Assembly: GCA_004431415.1 (NCBI GenBank)
Contig: QPMI01000411.1
Location: 1-64,000, forward strand
Direction: 5' to 3'
Source of the DNA: Cyanophora paradoxa CCMP329
Taxonomy: Eukaryota; Plantae; Glaucophyta
DNA: 64,000 bases
Shown: piece after piece, positions 10,401 to 22,800 of the stretch
Numbering within the stretch: position 1 is the stretch's first letter
Layout: each line of letters starts with the position of its first letter
Position numbers and translations under genes: made by a program
The notes under the pieces: model-generated
Database searches by the model: none
Seen by the model: only the letters and a program-made list of their open reading frames with translations
Told to the model about the DNA's origin: nothing

Positions 10401-13400
10401 CGCCTTGCGCGCCGCCTCCCGCGCCGCCTTCTTCGCCTCCCGGTCCCGCACCTGCCCCCGCCCCCCGCCTCAGCCCGCCTGCTTCTTCCTCGCCCGGGGC
10501 GCCGCCCCGGCGGGGGCGGACCTTGCGGCGGCCCTCCTCGGTGTTTGTGCGGCGCCACTCCTCCTCGGCCTCCAGCAGGGCCCCCGTCTCCAGCGCCAGC
10601 ACCTCGCAGATCTGCCGCCCCGCGCTCGAGGGGGGAGGGGAGGAGGGGGCGAGAGACCGGGTGGATCCCCACCTTGCGGTCGAAGCAGAAGGTGATAACG
10701 GGGAGCTTGTCGTTCTGCGGGGCACGGAGCTGAGCGAGGGCGGGCGGGGCGGGGCCGGCCGAGCTTAAGCCGGCGGCGGACCTCGCGGAGGGTACGGAGG
10801 AGGCCGAGGTAGTGGGCGGCGAGCCAGGGGACGGTCCCCGCCGCCCCCTCCGCCACGGCCCGCTGGTCCAGCACCTCGAACGCCTGCGCACCGGGGCGCG
10901 TGTCGGCGGGGGCCGGGGCCGGGGCCGGGGCGGGGCGCACGCGGTCGGCGTCGCCGACGATGGCGTCGAGGGCGACCTGGAGGGCGCGCCGGTGGCCCTC
11001 CCCCGCCGCCAGCCAGCGCGACACCAGCGCCTTCAGGTCCGTCTCGAAGCTCTTCGCCCGCGCCTTCGTGATCACACGGTCCTGCGCGCAGCGGGGGTGG
11101 GCGGGGGCCCAGCAGGAGGCGGGGCGGGGGCGGGGGACCTGGGCGAAGTAGGCGTCGGGGTCGAGGGCGGCGAGCGCGGCGCCCTCCGCCTCCGCCGCCT
11201 TCGCCTCCAGCAGCCCCGGCGTCTGCGCCCGCACGCGGCGGCGTCACGAGGGCGGGGCGGGACAGGAGAGGGCGGGGGCGGGCCTTGGCGGCGCGGACGA
11301 GGGCGTCGTAGAGGGCCGTGCTCTCGTCCGGCGCGAACGAGAGGTCCTTCGGGGGCGGCGTGAGCTCCGACAGCGCGCGGGCCGGGCCCCCTAACTGCCT
11401 CGGGCGGACCTGGGGGAAGCCGCCGGCGCGGAGGAGGCGGGCGACGGACATGGCGGCGCACGGGTGCAGCACGCGCATCTCCCCGGGCTTCCTGCTCCCC
11501 CGCGTCGGCCCCGTCCTTTCAAGGAGGCCGCGAGGGGGGCCCCGCGCACTGGTTCTGCCAGGCGAGCTTGAGCTCCGGGTTGTGCGCCGGCGGCAGGTAG
11601 ACGTATCTGCGCGGCGAGCGGCCGCGTGAGCCGAGCGGCGCGGGCCGAGCGGGCCGAGCGGGGTGGGGCGGGGCGGGGTGGGGCGGACTTGCGGAGGTCG
11701 GAGTAGCGGATGTTGAACTGCACGAGCTTGACGTTCCGCTGGCTCTTGGCCTGCGCGGCGAGGGCGAGGGGAGGGGAGGGGAGTGTAAGAGAGGGCGGAG
11801 CGGGGAGATGCAGAGGGCCGGGGGCGGGGGGCGGGCCTGGGTGTCGGCCATCCAGCGCTGGAGGTCGCCCGGGTTGCTGATGGTGGCGGAGAGGGCGAGG
11901 AAGGGGCAGCGGACGAGGACGAGCAGGTGCTCCCACACCGACCCGCTCTCCGCAGTGCCTGCCCGGGCGGGAGGCGGAGCTCAGCCGGCGCCCGAGCCGG
12001 TGCGAGCGAGGGAGGGGCGGGCGGACCGGCCTCGCGGTTGGCGGTGGCGCTCTGCCCGATGCAGTGCACCTCGTCGAAGATCACGAACTTGATCCGCCGC
12101 ACCCACGCCTGCGGGAGGTCAGGGGGCGGGGAGCGAGGGGGCGGGCGATGCGGGGGCGCGCCTGGATGGTCTCGTGCGGGGAGAGGAGGAGGCCCTCGAG
12201 GACGGCCGGCACCGTCACCAGCACCTGGCAGTCAAAGTCGTAGTAGCCGTAGTCCCGCAGCTGCGCCCGCCGCCGGGGTGAGCGGCCGGGGGGTCGGGGA
12301 GGGGGGGCCGTGGCGTGGGGACCGCCGCGCCTTCATGCCGAAGACAGACTTGCCGCCCTCCGTGTACGTCTTCCCGCGGAAGCGCGCGTAGACCTCGGCG
12401 GCGACCTGCCGCCCGCGGCTCGTCAGGGCCCCTGAGAGGGCGAAGGGCTTTGTAAGGAGTCGCGAGGGCGCGCCTGGTTGACGAGGGCCTTGGTGGGCGA
12501 CACGAAGACGCATATCCCATCGTCGTCCGCGCGAAGGACCTGCGCCGACCGAGGGCAGCTCAGACGGCGGCAGCTTCTCCGGCTGGCCGGGGGCGGGCGG
12601 GCGGGCCTTCTCCATGGCGTAGTAGGCGGCGAAGGTCTTGCCGGCGGAGGTGGGGGCGACGACGAGGGCCGACTCCCCCGCGTCGACGATGTCGAGGAGG
12701 TCGCGCTGCCAGCGGTCGGGCGTGAAGAGCACGCGGTCGTCCGGGCACGGCTCCACGTTGCGCGTCTGACGGCGTCCCGCGTCAAGGCGGGCCCCGCGGC
12801 GAGGCTGCGCTGCGCAGGGCCCGGCCGACCATGAGGTGCCCGCCGTACATCATCTGGAGGCGGACGGGGGTGTGGAGGCACTCGCGCCCCTCCTTCACCT
12901 TGGAGCGGTGCTCCTTGTCCGGGCGGAAGCGGTCGGCCACCTGCCGGGCGCGCCCCGTCACCCCGCTGGAAAAGGCGGCGAGCTGGGGTCGGGGGTCGGG
13001 GGCGGGCGGGCCTGGGGGTAGCCCATGCGGCAGAGGATGTCGCAGATCTCGCGGAGCTCCGAGGTCGCCTTCCGGGCCCCGCCCGACTCCTGGCCGCCCC
13101 CTCGTCAGCCGCGCCCGCCCCGGCGCACACAGAGCTCGAGGCGGGCGCGCCTTCTCCTTGTCCTCCTTCTTGTCCTTGCCCTTCTTGTCCTGCGGGGGGC
13201 CAGCTCGAGGGCGGCGGGGCGAGGCGCGGCGAAGGCGGGCCGGGAGGGGGCGGGGCGGGGCGGGGCGCGCCTTCTTGTCGTCCTTGTCCTTCTTCTTGTC
13301 GTCCTTCTCCTTCTTGTCCTTCTTCTTGTCCTCCTTCTCCTCCTGCGCGATGCGTCCAGCTGCAGGTTATGCACGCGGCGCCACCGATTTATTTTTGAAC

Positions 13401-16400
13401 CGCGACTGACCTCCCAAAGGAAGTCCTGGTGCTGCTCGTAGATGTCCTGGGCGAGCTGGTAGAGCCGCGCCGCCCGCACCGCGTCCTCCTGCCCCGGCAC
13501 GCTCGCCACGCCCCCGACACCCTTCCCCACCGGCCGGATGTACGCCTGCGCCGAGAAACCCCGATGAATCAGGCGCGATCGAATCAGCTTGGATCGGATC
13601 AAATCGAATCGCGGGGACCGTCTCGCAGAGGCGGAGGAGCTCCATCTGGGCGGCGAACTTGGCCTCCTTGGTGGAGAGCTTCTCCGAGATGAAGCGCCGC
13701 AGCGCCGCGATCGACTTCTCCATGTCGTCCCCCCGGCACGACCTGCCGGGAGGCCGCGCGCGAGCCCCCGGGGTCGGGGGCGGCGGAGCACAGGCGCGGG
13801 AAGTCTACTTAAAACATTATCCCAAAAATGTGGCGCGCTTGCCGCTTGCTTATTAGAAGCGTATGGCCTTCTCAGAAGCTTAAGCTCATCAGCGGCGGGC
13901 CGGGGCGCACTGTTTCATGAACTCCTTGGTCTGCTCGCGCTCGTTGCTCGCCTCCGACTCCGTCTTCTTCGCCGCGTTCTCCTGCCGGATCTGATGCGGG
14001 GGGGCCGGTCAGAGGGGAGGGCGGGCAGGGCCGGGGGACGGTCCCCCTCACCCGGTCGGCGGCGGAGAGCTTCTTCTCCTTCTCCTCCTTCTCCTTGCCA
14101 CCCTTCTTCTTCTCCTCCTTCTTCTCCTTCTCCTCCTTCGCCCCCGACGGCGTCCCCGGCCTGGCGCGGGGTCAGCAAGCCGGCCAGCCCGGGGGGCCCC
14201 GGGGCCGCCCGAGGGGCCTCGCCTGGCGGAGGAGGCGCCGGCGCGGCCGGAGCGGGCGATGGTGAAGTTGACGGGGAGCACGGCGCTCCCCTCCAGCGAC
14301 ACCGCGTACCTGCCGCCGGCTCGGAGAGGGGAGGGGAGGGGGAGGGGCCAGGGGCGGACCGCTGCATGAAGCGCATGAACTTCTGCTCCTCGCGCTGCTT
14401 CTGCTTCTTGCGCCACTGGCCGACGGTCTCCATCTCCTTGGGCGTCGGGCGCTTCTCGAACTTGGGGAGGACGTGCGCGCGCGTCTGCGTCCGCTCCCGC
14501 AGCAGCCGGTTCCACTCCCGCTTCGTCACACCCTTCTCCGTCTCCTCGTCGTCGCTCGACGCAACGCCGCCCTCCTGCGCGCCCGGTCGGCCCCCCTGCC
14601 CAAACAGAGGGCGGGCGGGGCGGGGCGGGGCGGGGCGGGGCGGGGCGGGCCTCGTCGATGATGGGCTGGTCGGCGGGCCACGAGTGGTCCTCGAGGAAGG
14701 GCTGCCGGGCGTCCAGGGGGTCGTCGCCCATCGCGCCCTTCGCCTCCGCCGTCGGCTGCGCGGGGCGTGAGCGCGGCGCCGCACGGGTCGGACGGGGTGG
14801 GGCCGGGAGGGGGAGGGGGCACCGGGACGGGCAGGGGCGCCTTCTGGAGGAACGCGTCCACGATGGGGCACTCCACCGGCATCAGCCGCCCCACCTGAAG
14901 GGCGCGTGAGGTGGGTGCACGCTTGCCGGGCGTGTACCCCGCCCGCACCTCGTCGGCCTCCTCGTCGTCCTCGCCCTCGTCGCTGCTGTACCCGTCCTCC
15001 CCGTCCGCCTCCGCCCCGTCCGTCGCGGCCGGCGCGGGCGTGATGCTGCGAGGCGCTCGCTCGGCGAGGGCAGGGCGGGGCAGGGCCGGAGTCGGCGGGG
15101 CGGGTGACGGGGCGCACCGGGCGGTGAGCGGGGCCCAGAAGTCGCCCTTGCCGCCGGCGGCGGACCAGGCGGCGGCGAGGGCGGAGGAGTCTGCGGGGGA
15201 GAGGCCGGCGGCGTGGGCGGACCAGCGGGCGGCGGCGCCCTCGACGAGGAGGCGCGCCGCGAGGGCGTGGAAGAGCCGCCCGTCCACCAGGTCCGCCACC
15301 GCCGCCGCCTGCGCGCACGCCGGCGCCGCGTGAGCGAGCGGGCAGGCGGGGCAGCGCGGGGCTCGGTCGGTCGGAGGGGCGCACGGCGGCGGGGCTCTTG
15401 CAGGGGGCGACGGCGCGCTCGAGGGCGGCGCAGAGGTCCTGGAGGAAGGCCGCCGCCTCGGCGCTCGGGCGGGGCACGCGCAGCGCCCGCTGCTCCAGCG
15501 CCAGCCGCCCCAGCAGCGCCCCGTGGAGGAGCAGCACGCGGGCGAGGTCGGGGCGGGCGCCGGCGAGGGGCGCCGCGCCGGCGGCGAGGAGGCGGAGGCG
15601 AAGGGCGGCGGGGTCGGCCTCCGAGAGGTCGAGGGCCGCGAGCTGCTTCGAGAGCGCGTCGTCCGCCGCCGTCGTGGCCGGCGCGCGCAGCGACGCGATG
15701 ACCTCCCTGCGGGCACCGCGTCAGCCTTCGCGCGGGGGCGCGGGGCGGCGGGGGAGCGGACTTGGCGAGGGCGTCGAGGGCGGCGGCGTCGGGGCCGCCG
15801 GGGCGCTGCGGGGCGAAGGCGGCGACGAAGGCGAGGGCCTGGCCGCCGCGGAACTCGAGGCCCGTGGAGAGGGCGACGGGGAGCTTGTGGTCCAGGCTGC
15901 GCAGCACGAGGCAGCGGTAGGCCTTCCCGAAGGCCTCCCGCACCGCGTCCGGCTCCCGCTCCGCCTCGCCGTCCAGGCCCGGGGCCGGCACGGGCGGGCC
16001 GGGCGGGTAGACGGAGGCCGGGGCGACGGGGAGGGCGTCGAAGGAGCCGTCCGAGGCGATGAGGAGCGACGGCTGCTCGGCGTCGAGGAAGGCGATCCAC
16101 TCGGGGCTCTCCCAGTCCTCGAACTCGAAGATCTCCAGCGTCTTCGACACGACGGCGCGCAGGTGCGCGAGGAAGACCGCCCGCGCGAGGCGCACCGCGG
16201 GGAGGCACCCCGCGTACAGCGCCGCGTGCCGCCGGAACACGATGATCTTGATGTTTGCGTCCCGCTCCTTCAGCTGCGTGAGGTAGCGCTCCGCCAGCCA
16301 CACCTGCGGACGTGCACGTATGAGCGCGGCTCGTGCATCGGCAACGGAAGGGCCCGGGGCGAGACACTCTCCCGAAGAATCATTCCTCTAGTGGCGAAGA

Positions 16401-16950
16401 GCACTTTCGCAAGGCGGGGGGTTCGCGCAGTGTGCAGCGATCCCGGAAGACATCAGAGGGCCCGAAGCGTGAACGTCGGGCCTCCCCGGAAGCGCTGCCC
16501 TCCCTTCCGCCCGACACGCGTGGCCCACTTCCTCCCGTCTAATGTATCGCGAGGGACGCGCCGGGACGCCTTCCCGAGAGTGCCTCCCCGAGGCGCTCGC
16601 GAAGAGCGTACGCGCTAGGCATCGCGCCGAGCGTCCCCGGAGAAGGACGCATCGACGGTGCGCACCAAGTTGAGCGTCTGCACGCCATGCGTCCAGTCGT
16701 GGTCGTCCGCCACCGAGAGGAACAGACTGTCGGCGTCCAGCAAGAATGGCTCGCCAGGGCCGGCATAATCGCTGCGCGAGGAAGTTCGTACGCGCGTCAG
16801 CGGAAGGATGTGCGCTCGCGGTAGATACGGGGGGCGCGTCCCCTTCGACCGAAAAACGGCGCGGACGAACCCGATCAGGTCGATCCCGCGAAGCGGAATG
16901 CGCGTGAAGCACTCCTTCACGACGGCGTAGTCGCCGTCGCTGCCTCCCAT
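7479..16950 (-). CDS. DDX60: DDX60-like Ski2-family DExD/H RNA helicase (many exons)
   Basis: [23 protein letters not shown] (motif I), [16 protein letters not shown] (motif II), [51 protein letters not shown]-terminal [13 protein letters not shown] is DDX60-type. Alternative in-frame ATG at 17073. Confidence 0.9.
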
Positions 16951-17038
16951 GCTTCCTTTGGTTCCTGTCATCGACTGTACCCCAACCCAGGCGGGGTACG
17001 AAGGCACTCGTTCCTTGGACCAGCCGGAGCACCGGGCG

Positions 17039-19636
17039 ATGGGATCGCTGGCATTCGCGGTCGGGGCGCTCATGGCGCGCGTGCGGGACGGGCCGACCCG
17101 CCGCCCGGGAGCTTCGTGCAGCTGCCGGGCGCCGGCGGCCGGCGTCGACGGCCGGCGGGCGGCGCGGGCGGCAAGCGACGCCACCGGCGGGCCATCCATC
17201 AGGTCGTGGTGGGTGCGCGGCGATCGCGTTGTCTGGACGGCGCTACCCAGACGGACAGGACACCGCGCCGTGGCGGGGCGGCGCTTCTACGTCCGACAGG
17301 TGCGGCGCCACGTCCCGGCCCGCAGGAGAGCCGGCGCGACCGGCGGCGAACCCGCGACGACCGCGCAGGAGTCTCTCGATCCGGACGAGTTTGCGGTGGA
17401 GCCGGAGTCGGACGCGCGGCCGGCGGCACGGAAGCCTCCGACGAGCCTGGCGAACCCGCCGGCGAAGAGCCAGCTGGCGTCGATGCTCGAGGCGGAGCTG
17501 GCGGGCCTGCTCCGCCGCTTCCCCCCCAAGCGCGTCCTCATCTGGACCGTGTGCCGCCCGCCCCGCCCCCCCGGCCCCCGCCCCCGCCTGCCCGCCGAGG
17601 CCCCGTCGCCAGGTGTTCTGGGCCTGCGTGTGGTACCTGAGAGTGCGCCCTCTCCCCGCGCCCCCGCGCCCCTCCCCCGCGCCCCGCCCCCGAGCGCCCC
17701 CCACCCCGCCCCGCCCCAGGGCTCCGCCGACTTTCTCTTCTGCACGTTCGTCTTCGCGGTGCGTCGAACCCCGTATCCCCCGCCCCCGCCCTCCCCCGGT
17801 CGAACCGGGTACCGGGCAGTACATCGGGAACTCGGCGGTGACGAAGATGGAGCGGCGCTTCTCGCACCGCCTCGCGTGCACCGTCCTCTTCTTCTCGCTC
17901 CTCCTCGCCGCCGTCGGCGCCTTCGCCCTCTACGCCATCCCCCCCGCCATCAACGAGGGCAAGGAGTGCGCCGCCGCACCCCCCTCCGCCTCCCGCCCCC
18001 CCCCGTTCCTCCGCTGAGGCGGCGCAGCTTCCTGCTGACGCTGCAGAGCGAGAACCCGTACGTGTACCTCACCCAGCGCGTCCGCGCCTTCGTCGGCGAC
18101 AGCATGGCCGCCCGCCTCGAGGGTGTTCCCCCAGCCCGCCCCTTCCTCGCTCTCGTACCCCCTCACGCGCCCCCGCCCGCCCGCAGGCTACGTGCTCTCC
18201 AACCCGGAGATCGACATGGGTGCGCGGCGCCGCGCCTGCGCCGGGGCCCGGCGGGGTGTGAGCGGGGCGGGGGCGCGGGGGCGCAGGGGCGTGGACGGAG
18301 GGGCGGTCGCGGCGCATGGGCCTCGCGCTGCAGCGCCTCCTTGCCGAGTACACCGGCCCCTTCGTCCAGGTGCCCCGCCCCGCTCCCAACGCACTCTCTC
18401 CTCTCCTTCTTCTGCCCTCCAACCGCCCCCCCGCGCAGTCCCTCGGCGGCGGCCTCGCCACCGCCTCCCGCGTGCGCCCCGCCTTCTCCCCTGTCCAAGC
18501 TCCTCGTACCCCCTGATCCCCTCCCCCCGGCGCGCAGACGCTCTTCTCCGTAGCCCTCGCCGTCATCTTCTCCTTCCTCATCGTCTCCGACCTCCCCCGG
18601 TACCCCCCAAGCTCTCCCTCTTCCCCCGTCAACCATCCGACCCCTGTACCCCCCGCAGCATCTCCCGCGGCGTCCGCTCCCTCCGCTACTCTTCTCTCGG
18701 CTCCGTGCGCCCGTTCCACTCGCCACCGTACCCCCCGCCAGCCCATCCGACTGTACCCCTGCGGGCAGGTGTACGCGGAGGTGGCGCCGCCGGTGGCGAA
18801 CTTCGGGGTGCTGCTGGGGCGGGCGTTCGAGGCGCAGACGCTGATCGCGGTTGTGAACGTGCTGCTGACGGCGGCCGGCCTCCTCTTCCTCCGCATGCCG
18901 GCCGTCGGCTTCCTCTCCGTCGTCACCTTCTTCTGCTCCTTCGTCCCCGTCGCCGGCGTCGCCTTCTCCACCATCCCCATGGCCGTCCTCGCCCTCGAGG
19001 CCGGCATCTCCAAGGCCCCCCTCCCCTCCTGCCCCTCTCCTCCTTCGCCCTCGCCCTCGCTCCCCTCGACGCGCCGCGCAGGTCGCCGCGGTGATCGGCA
19101 TGGTCTCCCTCGTCCACGCCGTCGAAGCGTCCGCCCCGCCCCCGCCCCCGAACTAGACGAGTCGCTGGGCGAGAGTCGCGCCGACGCCCGCGCAGCTACG
19201 TCCTCAACCCGGCGATCTACGCCTCCCAGGTGAGCCAGCCCGAGACTCCTTCCTTCCTGCTTCGGCTGAGCCCGCGGGCAGCTGCACCTGCACCCGCTGC
19301 TCGTCCTCTCCGTCCTCTTCCTGGCGGAGCACCTCTGCGGCGTCTGGGGCCTCGTCCTCGCCGTCCCCACCACCGTCTACATCATCAAGGCACGCCGCAG
19401 CTCGAACCAGACTCGCGGCGAACTCGATCCCCTGACGCCCTCGCAGCACGTCCTCAGGATCCCCCTCAAGAGCAAGCACACCCTCGAGATCGTCGACGAG
19501 GTCCCCGCGCGCGCGCGCGGCTGATCGTGAGCCCGCGGCCCGCCGCTCAACTCAGCATCCATCCGCGCAGGTGCGGAGGACGAGGGAGCTGGAGGAGGAG
19601 GCGGAGAAGGAGGAGGTCGTCGACGGCAACACATGA
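17039..19636 (+). CDS. AI-2E (PerM/UPF0118) family transporter with N-terminal extension
   Basis: FEAQTLIAVVNVLLT, FFCSFVPVAG, EAYVLNPAIY, LHLHPLLVLSVLFLAEHLCGVWGLVLAVP. N-terminus MGSLAFAVG... is R/A/S-rich. Confidence 0.85.
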
Positions 19637-19881
19637 TCATGAGCTCGAGGCCGCGCGCCCCGGCCCGGCGCTCGGTGTACCTGGCATGCGCAGAGGACCG
19701 CTCCGAGGCCCTTTGCTCTATTGCTAGGTTAGTTATCGCAGTTAGTAAGATTTCGGTGGAAGAACCGAGGAGCGCTCACCAGGACTCGCCGCGCGCCCTG
19801 TACCCCCCATCGTGCCGCACTTTCAATTTTTTCGGCCGGCCGAACGCATGCGGCAGTAGCTGAAGATCCAGCATCGCAGCG

Positions 19882-22800
19882 ATGCCCGCAGCGAGCCCCG
19901 CGGCGAGCCCGCGCACGCCGAGCAAGGGGAAGCGAGCCTTGCTGGCGCTCGAGCGCGTTATCGGGCTTACCTCCAGCTCGAACGCGGGTTTCGCATCTTT
20001 AGTGCAACCTGTACAGACCGCGCAGCCTGCAACAGGCGCGGGTGGTCAGTGTGTTGTCTACGCCGCGGGATGCGTACTCGTGTTCTGGAGCACGAGCGGC
20101 AAGCAGCGGTTCATCCACACGGGCCGCGGCACGCAGAAGGCGATTTCAGCGGTCGCCGCCAGCCCCGATGGCAAGCTGGTCGCGGCGGGCGAGGCCGGCA
20201 AGGACCCCGGCGTTCTCGTCTTCGACTCGTCCTCCGGCGCGCTCCTCGCTGAGCTCAAGGGGCACTCGCACGGCGTCGCCGCGCTGGCATTCTCCTCGTC
20301 CGGCTCCCGCATCGCGTCCGCTGGCTACGTGCACGACGGCAGCATCACGGGCGCGCCCGGGGCCCCGGGCCGCGGCCTCCCAGCCCCGCCGGCCCAGCTG
20401 ACGCCCGGGCGCAGTGTGGGATTGGAAGAGCGGCGCGGCGCTGGCGAGCGCGCGCGTCTCGACGAAGGTCACGAGCCTCGCGTTCGACGCGGCCGACGAG
20501 TCTCTGCTCCTCAGCGCCGGCGTCCGAATGTACCGATACTGGACGGTCCCCAAGGTCCGCGCCGCCCGCCGCTCGGGCCGTGGCGCTGCCGGCAGCAGCC
20601 GCCGCTGAGCGGCGGGCAGGGCAAGCCCGGCGGCGGGCTCGAGGGCCAGTCCGCCCGCGTCGGCTCCCAGCGAGACGCGACGTGCGCTGCCCCGCCCTCT
20701 CTCGGGCGGGCGGGCCGCCGACGCCGCCGGCAGGTTCGTGGACGTCGGGGCGGGGGCGGGCGGAGGGGAGGCGTACGGCCTGACGGAGCGGGGCGTGCTC
20801 TGCCTGCTGGGGCCCCAGCGCGCCATCACCAAGTGGGTCGACATCAAGGCACGCCCCGCCCCCGCCCTCCGCCACGACGATCGCATCTCATGCGACCCCG
20901 GCTTCCCCCCCCAGACGCCCCGCGCCTTTGCGCTCTCCGTGAACCGAACGCACGTCGCCTGCGCCTGCGCCGACGGCGTCGTCCGGTACCCCTCTCCCCG
21001 CACGCCCCTCCCGCGCACTCCGCCCACGCTCCCGCCAACTTCTCCGCTCCCGCAGCGTCTTCAAGGCCGGCTCCCTCGAGTGTTCGTACCCCCCTCGCAG
21101 CGAAACCCGAAGCGGCCTCACGCGGGGCGCCAGACTGCTGCACGCTGCCGAGGCCGCCGCCGCTGGGCTCGTCGCTGGAAGCAGAGGCGGCAGCGGCGCC
21201 GCCGGCGACGGCCGCGGCGGGGGCCGAGGCGTCGTACGCGGACGCGGTGGCGGTGCGGCTGGCTGGGGAGGGCGCGCACCTCACCGTCCTCTACAGCGAC
21301 CGCTCCTGCGTCCTCTGGGACATCGCCAACCCCCGCAAGGCCCGCCCCCTCTGCTGCCACGCTCTCCGCCGGCCCTCTCAGGTCTCTTCTCGCCGCAGGT
21401 GGGGCGCGTGCGCGCGGCGGCGGCGCACGCCGGCTGCATCTGGGGCCTGGAGCCGGTGCCCGAGCCGGCGGCGGCGGCGGCGGCGCCCGAGGGCCCGCCC
21501 GAGTCGCCCCGGGCGTCCCCGGCGGCGGCGGCGGCCGCCCAGCCGAACTTCGCGACCTGCTCGGCGGACGGGACGGTGCGGCTGTGGGCGCTGGGGCGGG
21601 CCCCCGGGCTGGGCCCCGGGGCGAGCCCCGGGGTGCGTGACTCGATGGCGTCGACGCTGGGGCCGGGGGGACGCTGGGGCGGGGCGCCTGGCGGGAGCTC
21701 GTCCGCGTGGTCCACGCCTCGGGCGACCACTCGGCGCTCAAGGCCCGCCCCTTCGACCCGCGTGCGTGCCGCCTGCCCGCGCCCGTGCGCGGCGCCGCCG
21801 ACCAGGGCGGCGGCAGACGGGGAGGGCGGGCCGCCGGCCTCCTCCGACGCTGTGGTGCTGCGGGCGCTGCGGGTGAGCCCCTGCGGCCGCCTCCTCGCCA
21901 CCGGCGACCGCGCCGGCAACATCCGGCACGTACCCCCCCTCCCTCTCTCCCCCCCTTCACCCACCCCCCACCCCCTCTTTTGTCGTGGAAGTAACGGGCG
22001 GGCAGGGTACACGAGACGGCGACGGGGGCGCTCGTCCGCGAGCTCGCCGCCCACGAGGCCGACGTCCTCGCCCTCGACTTCTCCCCCCCGTCCGGGCCCG
22101 GTACCCCGCTCCCCCTTCCTCCTCCTTTCTCAAACCCATCCTCACTCCGGCCGGCCCGCAGGGGGGTACCTGCTTGCCTCGGCCTCGCGGGACCGCATCG
22201 TGCACGTCTTCGACGCCGCCAACTCCTACGAGGTGCGCTTCACCCTCTCCTCTCCGGCTGCCTACCACCGCATCCGTTTCCCCACCTACCACTCCCTGCC
22301 GTCTCCCGCGCCTTCTGATCGCCGGTCGCAGCTCGCGCGGTCGCTCGACGAGCACTCGGTGCGCCGAGCGCGCGCCGCGGCCGCCCACCGCGCCCCCCTG
22401 AGCCTCCCGCCGCGTGCAGAGCTCCGTGACGGGCGTCCGCTTCGCCTCGGGGGGTGCGCCGGCGCCCGCCCGCCCACCCACCCCGCCCATCCCGCCCCGC
22501 CCTCCTCGAGCGCCGGGGGCAGGCTCGCGGCTGGTCTCGTGCTCAGCGGACCGCTCCGTCGTCTTCCGCTCCGTGGGGCCCGCCGCCGCCGTCGCCCGCT
22601 ACCAGCAGAGCTACGGCACCTACGGTCCCGCCCCTGCTCCACCTTCGGCCCTCCGCGTCCCCCTCGGACCTCATCGCTCCGCCCGCGCTCGTCGCAGGGA
22701 CGGTGTACGACGTGGAGGTGGACCCCTCGGAGCGCTACGCCGTGACCTGCGGCCAGGACAAGCGCCTCTCCATATGGAACCTCGCGACGGGCAAGGTGCC

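Noticed and set aside
13801-13890. 5S rRNA fragment or dif/lox-like recombination site
   Set aside because: Only 7-8-nt coincidental matches; no overall alignment or proper dyad.
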